Below are positions 7,404 to 15,655 of a stretch of DNA of 29,930 bases, one piece after another. The notes below the pieces were generated by a model, which worked only from the letters and a program-made list of their open reading frames with translations, did not search any database and had not been told where the DNA came from. The DNA is from a virus. Taxonomy: Duplodnaviria; Caudoviricetes. The stretch spans positions 1-29,930 of IMG/VR virus record IMGVR_UViG_3300017761_000750; one strand, 5' to 3'. The stretch's first letter is position 1. Every line of letters begins with the position of its first letter. The position numbers and the translations under genes are program-made.

Positions 7404-8078
7404 ATGTCAATTAATCTCAAAAAGACCGGCAGTCTGTCCGCCGAGGGCGTGAAAATGCTTGTTTATGGTCAGGCAGGCGCGGGCAAGACCTCGCTCATCA
7501 AGACCCTGCCGCAGCCCATCGTACTGAGCGCGGAGGGTGGCCTGCTGTCGATTCAGGACGCCGATCTTCCGTACATCGAGATCAACAGCATGGACGACTT
7601 GCGCGAAGCCTGGGCATGGCTGAACACTGCCGAGGGTATGGCGTATCAGTCGGTCGCGCTCGATAGCATCTCCGAGATTGCCGAGGTGGTGCTGAACGCA
7701 GAGAAGAAAGCCACCAAAGATCCGCGACAGGCTTACGGCGCTATGCAAGAGCAGATGGCCGACATCATCCGCGCATTCCGTGACCTGCCGGGGCGGCATG
7801 TCTTGATGACGGCCAAACTGGAAAAGTCACAGGATGAAATGGCCCGCATTCTGTACGCGCCGTCTATGCCGGGTAACAAAACCGGCCAGAGCCTGCCCTA
7901 CTTTTTTGACGAGGTGCTGGCGCTCAGGGTCGAGCGCGACGCAGACGGCGTGACGCAACGTGCGCTGATGTGCGACGGGGACGGTTCGTGGTTGGCGAAG
8001 GATCGTAGCGGCAAGCTGGATACATGGGAAGCCGCAGACCTGGGCGCGATCATTAACAAAATCGGGGGGGTGGTATGA
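7404..8078 (+). CDS. sak4: Sak4-like ATPase / ssDNA annealing protein (AAA_24 type)
   Basis: GAGG RBS, ATG at 7404; Walker A YGQAGAGKT, SAEGGLLSI, VALDSISE, LAKDRSG; next to an SSB gene. Confidence 0.85.
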   Translation: MSINLKKTGSLSAEGVKMLVYGQAGAGKTSLIKTLPQPIVLSAEGGLLSIQDADLPYIEINSMDDLREAWAWLNTAEGMAYQSVALDSISEIAEVVLNAEKKATKDPRQAYGAMQEQMADIIRAFRDLPGRHVLMTAKLEKSQDEMARILYAPSMPGNKTGQSLPYFFDEVLALRVERDADGVTQRALMCDGDGSWLAKDRSGKLDTWEAADLGAIINKIGGVV

Positions 8079-8464
8079 CCTCCGAACTCTCCGCGTTCGC
8101 CGCCCTCTGGCTCGACGCCAAGCGGCGCGAGGCCAGCGCAACGGAAGATCGTCGCGCTATCGAAGATCGAATCAAAGAGATCGTGCGCCTGCCCGATGAT
8201 CTGGACGGCACCGAGACGGTCGAGCGCGACCGCTACACGATCAAAATGATCGGACGCATTGATCGGAAAGTTAACGCCGATCAACTGCAAGAGTTGGCGG
8301 CAGAGGCCGGGCTGTCCGATCACCTGTCGTCGCTGTTCAGGTGGAAGCCTGAACTGAACGTGTCCGTCTGGAAGTCAACGGACGCGAGCATTACATCGGT
8401 GCTTGCACCGGCGATCACCTCGAAGCCCGGACGGGCATCGTTTTCCATCACCACCAAGGAGTAA
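8075..8464 (+). CDS. Conserved hypothetical protein of the Sak4/SSB module
   Basis: 129 aa with an N-terminal coiled coil and LFRWKPE; sits between sak4 and ssb. Confidence 0.75.
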   Translation: MTSELSAFAALWLDAKRREASATEDRRAIEDRIKEIVRLPDDLDGTETVERDRYTIKMIGRIDRKVNADQLQELAAEAGLSDHLSSLFRWKPELNVSVWKSTDASITSVLAPAITSKPGRASFSITTKE

Positions 8465-8468
8465 CAAC

Positions 8469-8966
8469 ATGGCATTTCTCGGAGAAACGATCAACGCGGC
8501 AGACCTCCCGGTCAGCGAGGCAGGCAACTACGACCCGCTGCCTGCTGGCTGGTACACGGCGAACATCACCGGCGCTGAACTGAAGGCGACGAAGGCGGGC
8601 GACGGGCAGTACATCGCCGTGCGATACGACATCACCGGCCCGACGCACCAGGGACGCGTGGTGTTCGGCAACATCAACGTCCGCAACGCAAGCCCGAAGG
8701 CTGAGAAAATCGGTCGGCAGGAGTTGGGCGACATCATGCGCGCCATCGGACTGGCGAATGTCAGCGACACCGACCAACTGATCGGTGGCGGGCTGTCGAT
8801 CAAGCTGGACATCAAGGAGGCGCAAGGCGAGTACAAGGCGCGTAACGAGGTGCGCGGGTTCAAGGCTATCGAGGGTAGCCCGACGACCTTCAAGGCCGCT
8901 GCGCCCGCCTCTAGCGCCTCGTCTAGCGCCCCTGCGAAAGCTGCGCCGCCGTGGGCGAAGAAGTAA
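8469..8966 (+). CDS. ssb: Single-stranded DNA-binding protein (DUF669 type)
   Basis: AAGGAG RBS, ATG at 8469; YDPLPAGWY...ELKATKAGDG...NEVRGFK with an Ala/Pro tail ending PPW. Confidence 0.8.
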   Translation: MAFLGETINAADLPVSEAGNYDPLPAGWYTANITGAELKATKAGDGQYIAVRYDITGPTHQGRVVFGNINVRNASPKAEKIGRQELGDIMRAIGLANVSDTDQLIGGGLSIKLDIKEAQGEYKARNEVRGFKAIEGSPTTFKAAAPASSASSSAPAKAAPPWAKK

Positions 8967-8971
8967 CGGGC

Positions 8972-9006
8972 AAAAAAATCCCCGGAGCACGCGCTGGGCT
9001 CCGGGG
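8972..9006 (-). terminator. Intrinsic terminator-like hairpin with its U-tract on the minus strand
   Basis: Stem CCCCGGAGC (8980-8988) / GCTCCGGGG (8998-9006), preceded by A7 (8972-8978). Confidence 0.55.
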
Positions 9007-9032
9007 CAAATCAACCACAGGAGTAAGGGGAG

Positions 9033-10058
9033 ATGAAGATTCCCGAAGCAAAGAATAACATAGTGGCGCTGATCGACAAGTACCATGAGGCGCGCCCAGA
9101 TGAACCGCGTGCCCACATGGGCGCGAGCGCACTGGGCAAGCCGTGCGACAGGTGGCTGTGGTTGTCTTTCAGGTGGGCGGTTCAGCCGGTGTTTCCCGGT
9201 CGCATCAAGCGGCTGTTCAGGCGTGGTCATGCCGAGGAACAGCAGATCGTGTCCGACCTTCGCGCTATCGGCATCGACATTCGCGCTACCAGTGAGAACC
9301 AGTCGAAGGTGGACTTTGGTTGCCATGTCGGCGGCAGTCTAGACGGCATCATCCATTCCGGCGTGCCCGAGGCTCCGGCCAAGAAGCACGTTGCCGAGTT
9401 CAAGACACACAGTCAAAAGAGTTTTGACAAACTGGAACGCGAGGGGGTGGAGCGGTCGAAGTTTGAGCATTACGTTCAGATGCAGATGTACATGCACGGC
9501 ACCAAGATTGACCGGGCGTTGTATGTCGCCGTCTGCAAGAACGATGACCGGATGTACACCGAGCGCGTGCGTTATGACGCGCTAGTGGCCGAGAAGTACA
9601 TTGCCAGAGGCCACCGGCTGGCAACCGATGACCGCATGCCGCCGCCAATCAGTACGGACGCTTCGTGGTACGAATGCAAGATTTGCCCCGCGCATGAGTT
9701 TTGCCACCAGACCAAGCTGACGAAGCATGTGAACTGCCGTACCTGCGCGCATAGCACTGCGAAGCCGGATGGGCAGTGGCGCTGCGAGCGGTATGAGTCG
9801 GACGACATCCCGGTCGAGTTCCAGCGGCAGGGCTGCGAGAGCCATGTCCTGCACCCTGACCTTGTGCCGTGGCAGCGCAAGGATGGGCCGGATGAGTGGA
9901 CGGCGATCTATGTGATCGGTGAGCGCGAGGTGGCGAACGGCGAGGGCGACTGGCATGTGTTTAGCAGCCGCGAGATCGTCGCCAATCCTGTCGCGTGCCA
10001 CCACGATGATGAGTTTGTTAACGGCCTGCGGGCTGAGATGGATGGGAGGATTGGATGA
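9033..10058 (+). CDS. Cas4-like PD-(D/E)xK exonuclease
   Basis: GASALGKPCDR, SLDG, EFKT, QMQMYM, CKICPAHEFC (1+3 Cys pattern), plus an extra NCRTC..C..C domain. Confidence 0.85.
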   Translation: MKIPEAKNNIVALIDKYHEARPDEPRAHMGASALGKPCDRWLWLSFRWAVQPVFPGRIKRLFRRGHAEEQQIVSDLRAIGIDIRATSENQSKVDFGCHVGGSLDGIIHSGVPEAPAKKHVAEFKTHSQKSFDKLEREGVERSKFEHYVQMQMYMHGTKIDRALYVAVCKNDDRMYTERVRYDALVAEKYIARGHRLATDDRMPPPISTDASWYECKICPAHEFCHQTKLTKHVNCRTCAHSTAKPDGQWRCERYESDDIPVEFQRQGCESHVLHPDLVPWQRKDGPDEWTAIYVIGEREVANGEGDWHVFSSREIVANPVACHHDDEFVNGLRAEMDGRIG

Positions 10059-10228
10059 TTGACCAAGACTATTCGTACTCAATGCTGATGATTCTGAGGG
10101 CCTACAAGGACGCAGAGGTTGCTTTGCTGCGTAAAGACTACTCTGCTGCGACAACCTGCCTTGCGCGTGCTGTGGTGGCTGTTGGTGAGGCTTTGCAGGA
10201 TGTCGAGCGCATCCGCGATGACAAATAA
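10055..10228 (+). CDS. Small helical hypothetical protein (57 aa)
   Basis: Below the track cutoff. GGAGG RBS, ATGA overlap; MIDQDYSYSMLMILRAYKDAEVALLRKDY... Confidence 0.6.
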   Translation: MIDQDYSYSMLMILRAYKDAEVALLRKDYSAATTCLARAVVAVGEALQDVERIRDDK

Positions 10229-10370
10229 AACCTGCCAGACTTGCCGCAAGGAACCTGCCACCAAGCGCGTGATAACCGACGACGGCAAAAATTGGCGCTG
10301 GAAATGCCAGACCTGCCTGACCAAGAAACAGGTGGCGGGGTTTACGAAGGCGAAGCCAAATGCTGCGTGA
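10218..10370 (+). CDS. Small zinc-finger protein (50 aa)
   Basis: MTNKTCQTCRKEPA...WRWKCQTCLTKK has two CxxC motifs and fills the gap before the helicase. Confidence 0.6.
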   Translation: MTNKTCQTCRKEPATKRVITDDGKNWRWKCQTCLTKKQVAGFTKAKPNAA

Positions 10371-11961
10371 CTACCAACAACGCACCATCGACCAGTTGTA
10401 CGCATGGTTCGAGGCCGGTAACGAAGGCAATCCTTGTCTGGTGCTGCCTACGGGTTCCGGCAAGAGCCACATCGTAGCGGCGTTATGCAAGGACGCGCTC
10501 CAGAACTGGCCTGAGACCCGCGTGTTGATGCTGACCCATGTCAAAGAATTGATCGAGCAGAACGCCGAGAAGATGCGCCTGCATTGGCCCGGTGCGCCGA
10601 TGGGCATCTATTCCGCCAGCGTCGGACGCAGGGACTTAGGCGAGCCGATCACGTTCGCGGGCATCCAGTCTGTCAGAAGCAAGGCGCGGCAACTAGGGCA
10701 CATCGACATCTGCATCATTGATGAGTGCCATGTGGTGAGCCACAAGGAGGAGGGTGGCTATCGTTCGCTGCTGGACGAACTTAAAGAGATCAATCCTAAC
10801 CTGCGCGTGATCGGGTTGACCGCTACGCCGTACCGCCTGGGGCATGGGCTGATCACCGACAAGCCTGCATTGTTCGATGCGTTGCTGGAGCCAGTGAGCA
10901 TCGAGGAACTGATCCACAAGGGCTATCTGTCCACGCTGCGATCCAAGGTAACCAAGGCAAAGCTAGACACGGCTGGCGTGCATAAGCGTGGCGGGGAGTT
11001 CATCGAGAGCGAGTTGCAGGCAGCGGTGGACACCGATGAGAACAATGCCAAGGTCGTGCGCGAGATCATCGAGTTAGCCGGCGAGCGTCGGGCGTGGCTG
11101 GTGTTCTGCGCGGGCGTGGATCACGCGCAACGTGTGGCGGCTGTCTTGCGGGCAAATGGTATCGCGGCAGACTGCGTGACCGGCGAGACGCCAAAAACGC
11201 AACGCGAGAAGATGCTGACAGACTTTAAGGCGGGCAAACTGCGGGCGCTGACTAACGCCAACGTGCTAACGACAGGCTTTGACTACCCGGACATCGACTT
11301 GATTGCCATGCTGCGCCCTACGCTATCGCCTGGACTGTATGTTCAGATGGCGGGGCGTGGGATGCGGGTCAAGAGCAAGACCGATCATTGTCTGGTGCTG
11401 GACTTCGCGGGCGTGGTGGCAACGCATGGGCCGATCACCGCTGTTCGCCCGCCCAAGAAGGGCGGCGATGGCAACGGAGAAGCGCCGGTCAAGGTATGCG
11501 ACAACTGCGGCGAACTGTGCGCCATATCAGTGGCGGTCTGCCCGGCGTGCCAGCATCCGTTCCCAGAGCCTGAGCGCGCCAAACTGCAACTGCATAACGA
11601 TGACATCATGGGGCTGGAAGGCACTGACTTCGATGTTCGCTCATGGACTTGGCGCAGGCATACCAGTAAGGCAAGCGGCAAGGAGATGCTGGCCTGCACT
11701 TACTACGGGGGACTCAGCGACAAGCCGGTCACCGAGTATTTCCCGGTGCTGCACGAAGGCTATCCCGGCGACAAGGCGATGCGCCAAGTGCTGAAGATCG
11801 CTTCATTGTCTGGTGCTGCTGTGGCCGAGGTGGCGAACATGCAAGGCACCGAGGGGCTGTCGTACCTGTCTACGCAGTTGTTCCGAGCCAACCCGCCAAA
11901 GAGCATCGAGTACCGGCTGGATGGGAAGTTCTATCGAGTGTTGAAGAGGAGTTGGGAATGA
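10360..11961 (+). CDS. Superfamily 2 DNA helicase (RadD/YejH-like) with C-terminal Zn finger
   Basis: LRDYQ, LPTGSGKS, DECH, GLTAT, LTTGFD, QMAGRGMR, CDNC...CPAC. Confidence 0.92.
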   Translation: MLRDYQQRTIDQLYAWFEAGNEGNPCLVLPTGSGKSHIVAALCKDALQNWPETRVLMLTHVKELIEQNAEKMRLHWPGAPMGIYSASVGRRDLGEPITFAGIQSVRSKARQLGHIDICIIDECHVVSHKEEGGYRSLLDELKEINPNLRVIGLTATPYRLGHGLITDKPALFDALLEPVSIEELIHKGYLSTLRSKVTKAKLDTAGVHKRGGEFIESELQAAVDTDENNAKVVREIIELAGERRAWLVFCAGVDHAQRVAAVLRANGIAADCVTGETPKTQREKMLTDFKAGKLRALTNANVLTTGFDYPDIDLIAMLRPTLSPGLYVQMAGRGMRVKSKTDHCLVLDFAGVVATHGPITAVRPPKKGGDGNGEAPVKVCDNCGELCAISVAVCPACQHPFPEPERAKLQLHNDDIMGLEGTDFDVRSWTWRRHTSKASGKEMLACTYYGGLSDKPVTEYFPVLHEGYPGDKAMRQVLKIASLSGAAVAEVANMQGTEGLSYLSTQLFRANPPKSIEYRLDGKFYRVLKRSWE

Positions 11962-11982
11962 AGCGCGTTAACAGGGGGATCA

Positions 11983-12843
11983 ATGAATGAGTTGGCTCTA
12001 TTCTCGGGCGCTGGTGGAGGCATTCTCGGCGGACACCTGCTCGGATGGCGAACCGTCTGCGCCGTTGAGCGAGAACCCTACGCAGCAAGCGTACTGCTCG
12101 CCAGACAGAATGACGGCGTACTCCCGCCTTTCCCGGTTTGGGATGACGTTTGCACCTTTGACGGACGACCGTGGCGAGGCATTGTTGATGTCGTATCGGG
12201 CGGGTTTCCATGCCAAGACATCAGCGCCGCAGGAAAGGGCGCAGGCATTGACGGCGCACGATCCGGCCTCTGGTCTGAAATGGCACGCATCGTTGGCGAA
12301 GTTCGACCCCGCTACGTCTTCGTGGAGAACAGTCCAGCCCTCGTTACTCGGGGACTTGGGCGAGTCCTCAGTGACTTGGCCGCGCTCGGGTATGACTGCC
12401 GGTGGACGGTGTTGGGCGCAGCCGATGTTGGCGCGCCGCACAAGCGGGAACGAATCTGGATTGTGGCCGACGCCTTCAGCAAGCGATCCGCAGTTGGAGC
12501 GACGGGGCAAGCATGGCGAGCATTACACAACCAGCACGGGGTCAGTTCGCAGGATGAACCTGGACGGCAGCAGCTCCAATCTCGGCCTTCCAGCGGCGGT
12601 GCGGATGTTTCGCACCCCGATGGCGATGGATGCAAACAATTGGTCAAGCAACACCATGTCGGAGCGATTGGCGCAAGGAAGGCAAGTCCTGCTTTCTCAT
12701 CAACTTCAAGTTGGTGGGATTTTGAACCCTCCGTGGGTCGAGTGGCTAATGGGGTGGCCGCTAGGATGGACAGACTTAAAGCCATTGGCAACGGCCAAGT
12801 TCCGCGAGTGGCGGCAACAGCATGGAGAATCTTGACATCATGA
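11983..12843 (+). CDS. C5 cytosine DNA methyltransferase, catalytic (alpha-like) chain
   Basis: Motif I LFSGAGG, IV GGFPCQDIS, VI ENSP, VIII HKRERIWI, X RLKAIGNG. No recognisable motif IX or TRD in this frame. Confidence 0.92.
   Translation: MNELALFSGAGGGILGGHLLGWRTVCAVEREPYAASVLLARQNDGVLPPFPVWDDVCTFDGRPWRGIVDVVSGGFPCQDISAAGKGAGIDGARSGLWSEMARIVGEVRPRYVFVENSPALVTRGLGRVLSDLAALGYDCRWTVLGAADVGAPHKRERIWIVADAFSKRSAVGATGQAWRALHNQHGVSSQDEPGRQQLQSRPSSGGADVSHPDGDGCKQLVKQHHVGAIGARKASPAFSSTSSWWDFEPSVGRVANGVAARMDRLKAIGNGQVPRVAATAWRILTS
11987..12835 (+). CDS. Overlapping +1-frame gene: putative methyltransferase beta chain (TRD + motif IX)
   Basis: 282 codons without a stop, nested in the MTase gene; SD AGGGGG 8 nt upstream; WPTP/FRTP segments and C-terminal LNPPWVEWLMGWPLGWT resembling motif IX. 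Confidence 0.7.
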   Translation: MSWLYSRALVEAFSADTCSDGEPSAPLSENPTQQAYCSPDRMTAYSRLSRFGMTFAPLTDDRGEALLMSYRAGFHAKTSAPQERAQALTAHDPASGLKWHASLAKFDPATSSWRTVQPSLLGDLGESSVTWPRSGMTAGGRCWAQPMLARRTSGNESGLWPTPSASDPQLERRGKHGEHYTTSTGSVRRMNLDGSSSNLGLPAAVRMFRTPMAMDANNWSSNTMSERLAQGRQVLLSHQLQVGGILNPPWVEWLMGWPLGWTDLKPLATAKFREWRQQHGES

Positions 12844-13217
12844 CCGACGACCGCCTACCCACCGAACACGAAGAACAGCGCGAGCTTGTGCGCTGGTTCC
12901 GGCAGACGTACCGGGGCGTTCGCATCTTCGCTATCCCTAACGGCGGGCAGCGTAGCCGTTCGGCCGCTGGCAGGCTCAAGGCCGAGGGCGTCAGTGCTGG
13001 CGTGCCTGACCTGTTCATCCCGGCCTGGGGCTTGTGGATCGAGATGAAGCGCCAGAAGGGCGGCGTGGTCAGTGCCGAGCAAAAAGATTGGATGAACTAC
13101 TTGCAAAGTGTGAATCATGTATGTATCGTGGGAAAAGGTGCTGAAGCAGCAAAGGCTGCGATCAGTGACTTCCATGAAATCAATGAGGGAAAGATATGGT
13201 CAAGAGTCGATACATGA
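12840..13217 (+). CDS. VRR-NUC domain nuclease (Holliday junction resolvase-like)
   Basis: EHEEQ, FAIPNGG, GVSAGVPDL, IEMK, VSAEQKDW; ATG at 12840 overlaps the MTase stop. Confidence 0.88.
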   Translation: MTDDRLPTEHEEQRELVRWFRQTYRGVRIFAIPNGGQRSRSAAGRLKAEGVSAGVPDLFIPAWGLWIEMKRQKGGVVSAEQKDWMNYLQSVNHVCIVGKGAEAAKAAISDFHEINEGKIWSRVDT

Positions 13218-13348
13218 CGTTTCGCCTGCCGATTGATGTCGAGACTGAACTGCGGGAGCAGGCGTTGAAGGACAGCCGCACGATTGCCGGTCAAGTGCTG
13301 CACTACATCAAACTCGGGCTGTTGCTTGACAACCATGACAAGGAGTAA
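13196..13348 (+). CDS. Arc-like ribbon-helix-helix DNA-binding protein (50 aa)
   Basis: Below the track cutoff. GAGGG RBS; MVKSRYMTFRLPIDVETELREQALKDSRTIAGQVLHYIKLGL fits the RHH pattern. Confidence 0.75.
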   Translation: MVKSRYMTFRLPIDVETELREQALKDSRTIAGQVLHYIKLGLLLDNHDKE

Positions 13349-13356
13349 GTCAAGTA

Positions 13357-13563
13357 ATGGATGACGCCGACGCCGCCGACCTCACCGTCGAGCAGCACTT
13401 GAATCGCGCCCTCTCGCGCAGACACGCAACGCTGCCAGCAGTCGGCCAGTGCTACTCCTGCGCCGAGCTGGTGGATGGCGGTTCGAGGTTCTGCGACCGC
13501 GAGTGCCTGGACGATTACGAGCGCGCTGAGAAGGCGCGCAGGATGAATGGGGGAATGGAATGA
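13357..13563 (+). CDS. TraR/DksA-like C4 zinc-finger protein
   Basis: N-terminal DDADAA (DxxDxA), then CYSC...FCDREC and a C-terminal helix; AAGGAG RBS. Confidence 0.65.
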   Translation: MDDADAADLTVEQHLNRALSRRHATLPAVGQCYSCAELVDGGSRFCDRECLDDYERAEKARRMNGGME

Positions 13564-13751
13564 TCACCATTGCAGAAGTGATAAAGGAAGTGGCGGAAGA
13601 ATGCGAGGTTATGGGCCGCGCGTGGGCCATTCGCGCCCTCAAGGCCCAGTACGAGGGGTGCATTGTGGCGGATCGTGCGACCGGGATGCTGCTTAGGGAC
13701 GACGACAACAGATGCGCGCTTATGTACCGCGCCAAGGAGCCAACGAAATGA
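13560..13751 (+). CDS. Hypothetical protein
   Basis: 63 aa, ATGA overlaps at both ends. Confidence 0.65.
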   Translation: MITIAEVIKEVAEECEVMGRAWAIRALKAQYEGCIVADRATGMLLRDDDNRCALMYRAKEPTK

Positions 13752-13954
13752 GCCCAACACCGACGCTGCACCTGCGATTCATCACACGCGACGAAATCAT
13801 CGAGCGGACAGCAACCAGCTCGACAGCCAAGAAGGTGCGTGTCCTGCAACAGTTCTGGGCGCACCCGGATGGCAAGGATTGGGCGATCAACAAAGACGAC
13901 CCGGTTTTTTCTGTGAACGGCACTTGGCGAGATGTGCCGTGGGTGGCCGAATGA
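13748..13954 (+). CDS. Hypothetical protein (LRF...VLQQFW...WRDVP type)
   Basis: AAGGAG RBS, ATG at 13748, ATGA overlaps. Confidence 0.7.
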   Translation: MSPTPTLHLRFITRDEIIERTATSSTAKKVRVLQQFWAHPDGKDWAINKDDPVFSVNGTWRDVPWVAE

Positions 13955-14286
13955 CCCTCCACGCCTGGATCATCACAATGCGCGGTCGAATCCGCGAGGC
14001 GCTGGTGCCGGAGCTGCGGGTGCTGCGAGAGGGGAACAGGCTGCTCCGGGCCGAGGTCGAGGAGGCCTTGTCCGTGGCGAACTATTGGCACGCCATTGCC
14101 CAAGAGGGCATCAAGCGAGCGAACGTCAATGGCCGAGACGCTTGCCGAGGCCGCTGGATGCTCGACAGAATGCGGCACCAGAAGTGCGGCCGGAACGCAG
14201 GCTGGACGCTGGACGGACTCTACCTCGGCGACGATGCTGCTGCGGCGATTGACGTGGCTATGGAGGAGGAGAGCAAACATGAGTGA
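13951..14286 (+). CDS. Hypothetical protein with coiled-coil segment
   Basis: ATG at 13951 overlaps the previous stop (MTLHAW...LRAEVEE...AAIDVAM). Confidence 0.65.
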   Translation: MTLHAWIITMRGRIREALVPELRVLREGNRLLRAEVEEALSVANYWHAIAQEGIKRANVNGRDACRGRWMLDRMRHQKCGRNAGWTLDGLYLGDDAAAAIDVAMEEESKHE

Positions 14287-14521
14287 GTCGATCAAGCTGC
14301 CGCCTATACCCGCCACCCTCGTCCAGCTTGGGTATGGATTTCTAGCAGAGGAATATGCAACCGATGCCGTCGAGCAGGCCACCGCCGAGTTGCAGGCCGA
14401 GGTTGAGAGGCTGCGGGAGGCGTTGAAGACAGCCAAGTGGATGTTAGAGCGCGACTACATCGACGATCAGAAGATGGCCGTAATCAGGAAATGCGAAGCC
14501 GCCCTGAAGGAGACGAAATGA
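14279..14521 (+). CDS. Hypothetical protein (MSESIKLPP... paralog 1)
   Basis: GGAGGAG RBS, ATG at 14279; contains AEVERLR. Confidence 0.7.
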   Translation: MSESIKLPPIPATLVQLGYGFLAEEYATDAVEQATAELQAEVERLREALKTAKWMLERDYIDDQKMAVIRKCEAALKETK

Positions 14522-15072
14522 CCGAGTCGATTAAGCTGCCGCCTCTTGGGCGTGCGGCGGGAATATGGGCACCCGCCTATGGCGAAAACGAAGTCAGGAA
14601 CTACATGCGCCTCGCCGTCGAGTCGGCAACGGGCGATCTGCGAGCGGAGTTGACGGCACACAAGCGCCTAAACAAAGACCTCGAAACCGAGTCTGTGAAA
14701 GCGTTTGCCGAGCGCGACGAAGCCCGCGCCGAGGTCGAGAGGCTGCGGGAGGCGTTTTACGAATCGCTGGTGCCGGAGTTGCAAGAGTTGCGGGATCAGA
14801 ACCGAGACCTCCGCGCCGAGGTCGAGAGGCTGCGCGCTGCGTTTCACGAATCGCAGGCGCGCGAGTTGGCTGCGCTACAAGAACTCGACGAAGCACGGGC
14901 AGAGGTCGAGAGGCTGCGTGCCGAACTGGCGCGAATGGTTAGACGGGCTGAACAATCCAAAGCCCATCGCGACGAAGTAGGGGCCGAACTGACGCGGCTG
15001 ACGACGCTACCGTGTTCCGCCGCTCACGCCCCGCCTCCACCCCCGCCGCCTGCACTGAAGGAGCCGAAATGA
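14518..15072 (+). CDS. Coiled-coil hypothetical protein (MTESIKLPP... paralog 2)
   Basis: AAGGAG RBS, ATGA overlap; RAEVERLR x3. Confidence 0.7.
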   Translation: MTESIKLPPLGRAAGIWAPAYGENEVRNYMRLAVESATGDLRAELTAHKRLNKDLETESVKAFAERDEARAEVERLREAFYESLVPELQELRDQNRDLRAEVERLRAAFHESQARELAALQELDEARAEVERLRAELARMVRRAEQSKAHRDEVGAELTRLTTLPCSAAHAPPPPPPPALKEPK

Positions 15073-15335
15073 CCCGCGACGAGATGATAGCGTTGGCAAA
15101 GGAAGCTGGCTGGGAATACGCAACTGATGACCGAGGATTTGAGCCGTTGTGGCGCTTTGCCGCCCTTGTTGCCGAGGCAGAGCGTGAGGCGTGCGCGGAG
15201 GTGTGTATTAATGAAGCAAACGTATGCGAGTTATCCTGTTTTATATCAGGTCAAGACAAAGTATCTTGCCTCCGATTAACTGCATTTAGGCTCAGTGTTT
15301 GCGCCGACGCCATCCGAGCAAGGGGAGAGAAATGA
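15069..15335 (+). CDS. Hypothetical protein, family A copy 1 (AEREAC...IRARGEK)
   Basis: AAGGAG RBS, ATG at 15069. Confidence 0.72.
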   Translation: MTRDEMIALAKEAGWEYATDDRGFEPLWRFAALVAEAEREACAEVCINEANVCELSCFISGQDKVSCLRLTAFRLSVCADAIRARGEK

Positions 15336-15655
15336 CCGACCGTGAACTGCTGGTGGCCGCTGCGAAAGCGGCGGGGATTGGGTCTTACAAAGGCGACTAT
15401 GCGAATGGACTAGACACAAAGACTGGCTTTTGGAATCCCCTCACCGACGACGGCGATGCGCTGCGGCTGGCGGTGAAGCTGCGGATCAACATCGAGCATG
15501 CCGAGAAGCTGGGGCGCAAGTCGCACGGCGTGAACTGCTGGCCCGTCGGACGAGGTGATTGCGGACACATGGAAAACGACTTGCGCGATTATGGAGCCGC
15601 CACCCGCCGAGCAATCGTGCGTGCTGCTGCTGAGATTGGGAGGGAGACGAAATGA
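15332..15655 (+). CDS. Hypothetical protein, family B copy 1 (MTDRELL...WNPLTDDGDALRLAVKL...ATRRAIVRAAAEIG)
   Basis: GGGGAG RBS, ATG at 15332; paralog of 15870-16184. Confidence 0.78.
   Translation: MTDRELLVAAAKAAGIGSYKGDYANGLDTKTGFWNPLTDDGDALRLAVKLRINIEHAEKLGRKSHGVNCWPVGRGDCGHMENDLRDYGAATRRAIVRAAAEIGRETK

Noticed and set aside
9033-10058. Cas4-like gene as evidence of a CRISPR-Cas system
   Set aside because: No cas1/cas2 or array; standalone Cas4-like nucleases are common in phage recombination modules.
12460-12720. Sequencing frameshift as the explanation for the two methyltransferase frames
   Set aside because: Both frames are open from start to end, and motif X lies in the catalytic frame downstream of motif IX in the other, so a single indel cannot produce the pattern.
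11998-12791. Antisense ORFs over the methyltransferase (11998-12510, 12312-12791) as a third coding layer
   Set aside because: No motifs or RBS; long open antisense frames are expected where two sense frames are constrained in GC-rich DNA.
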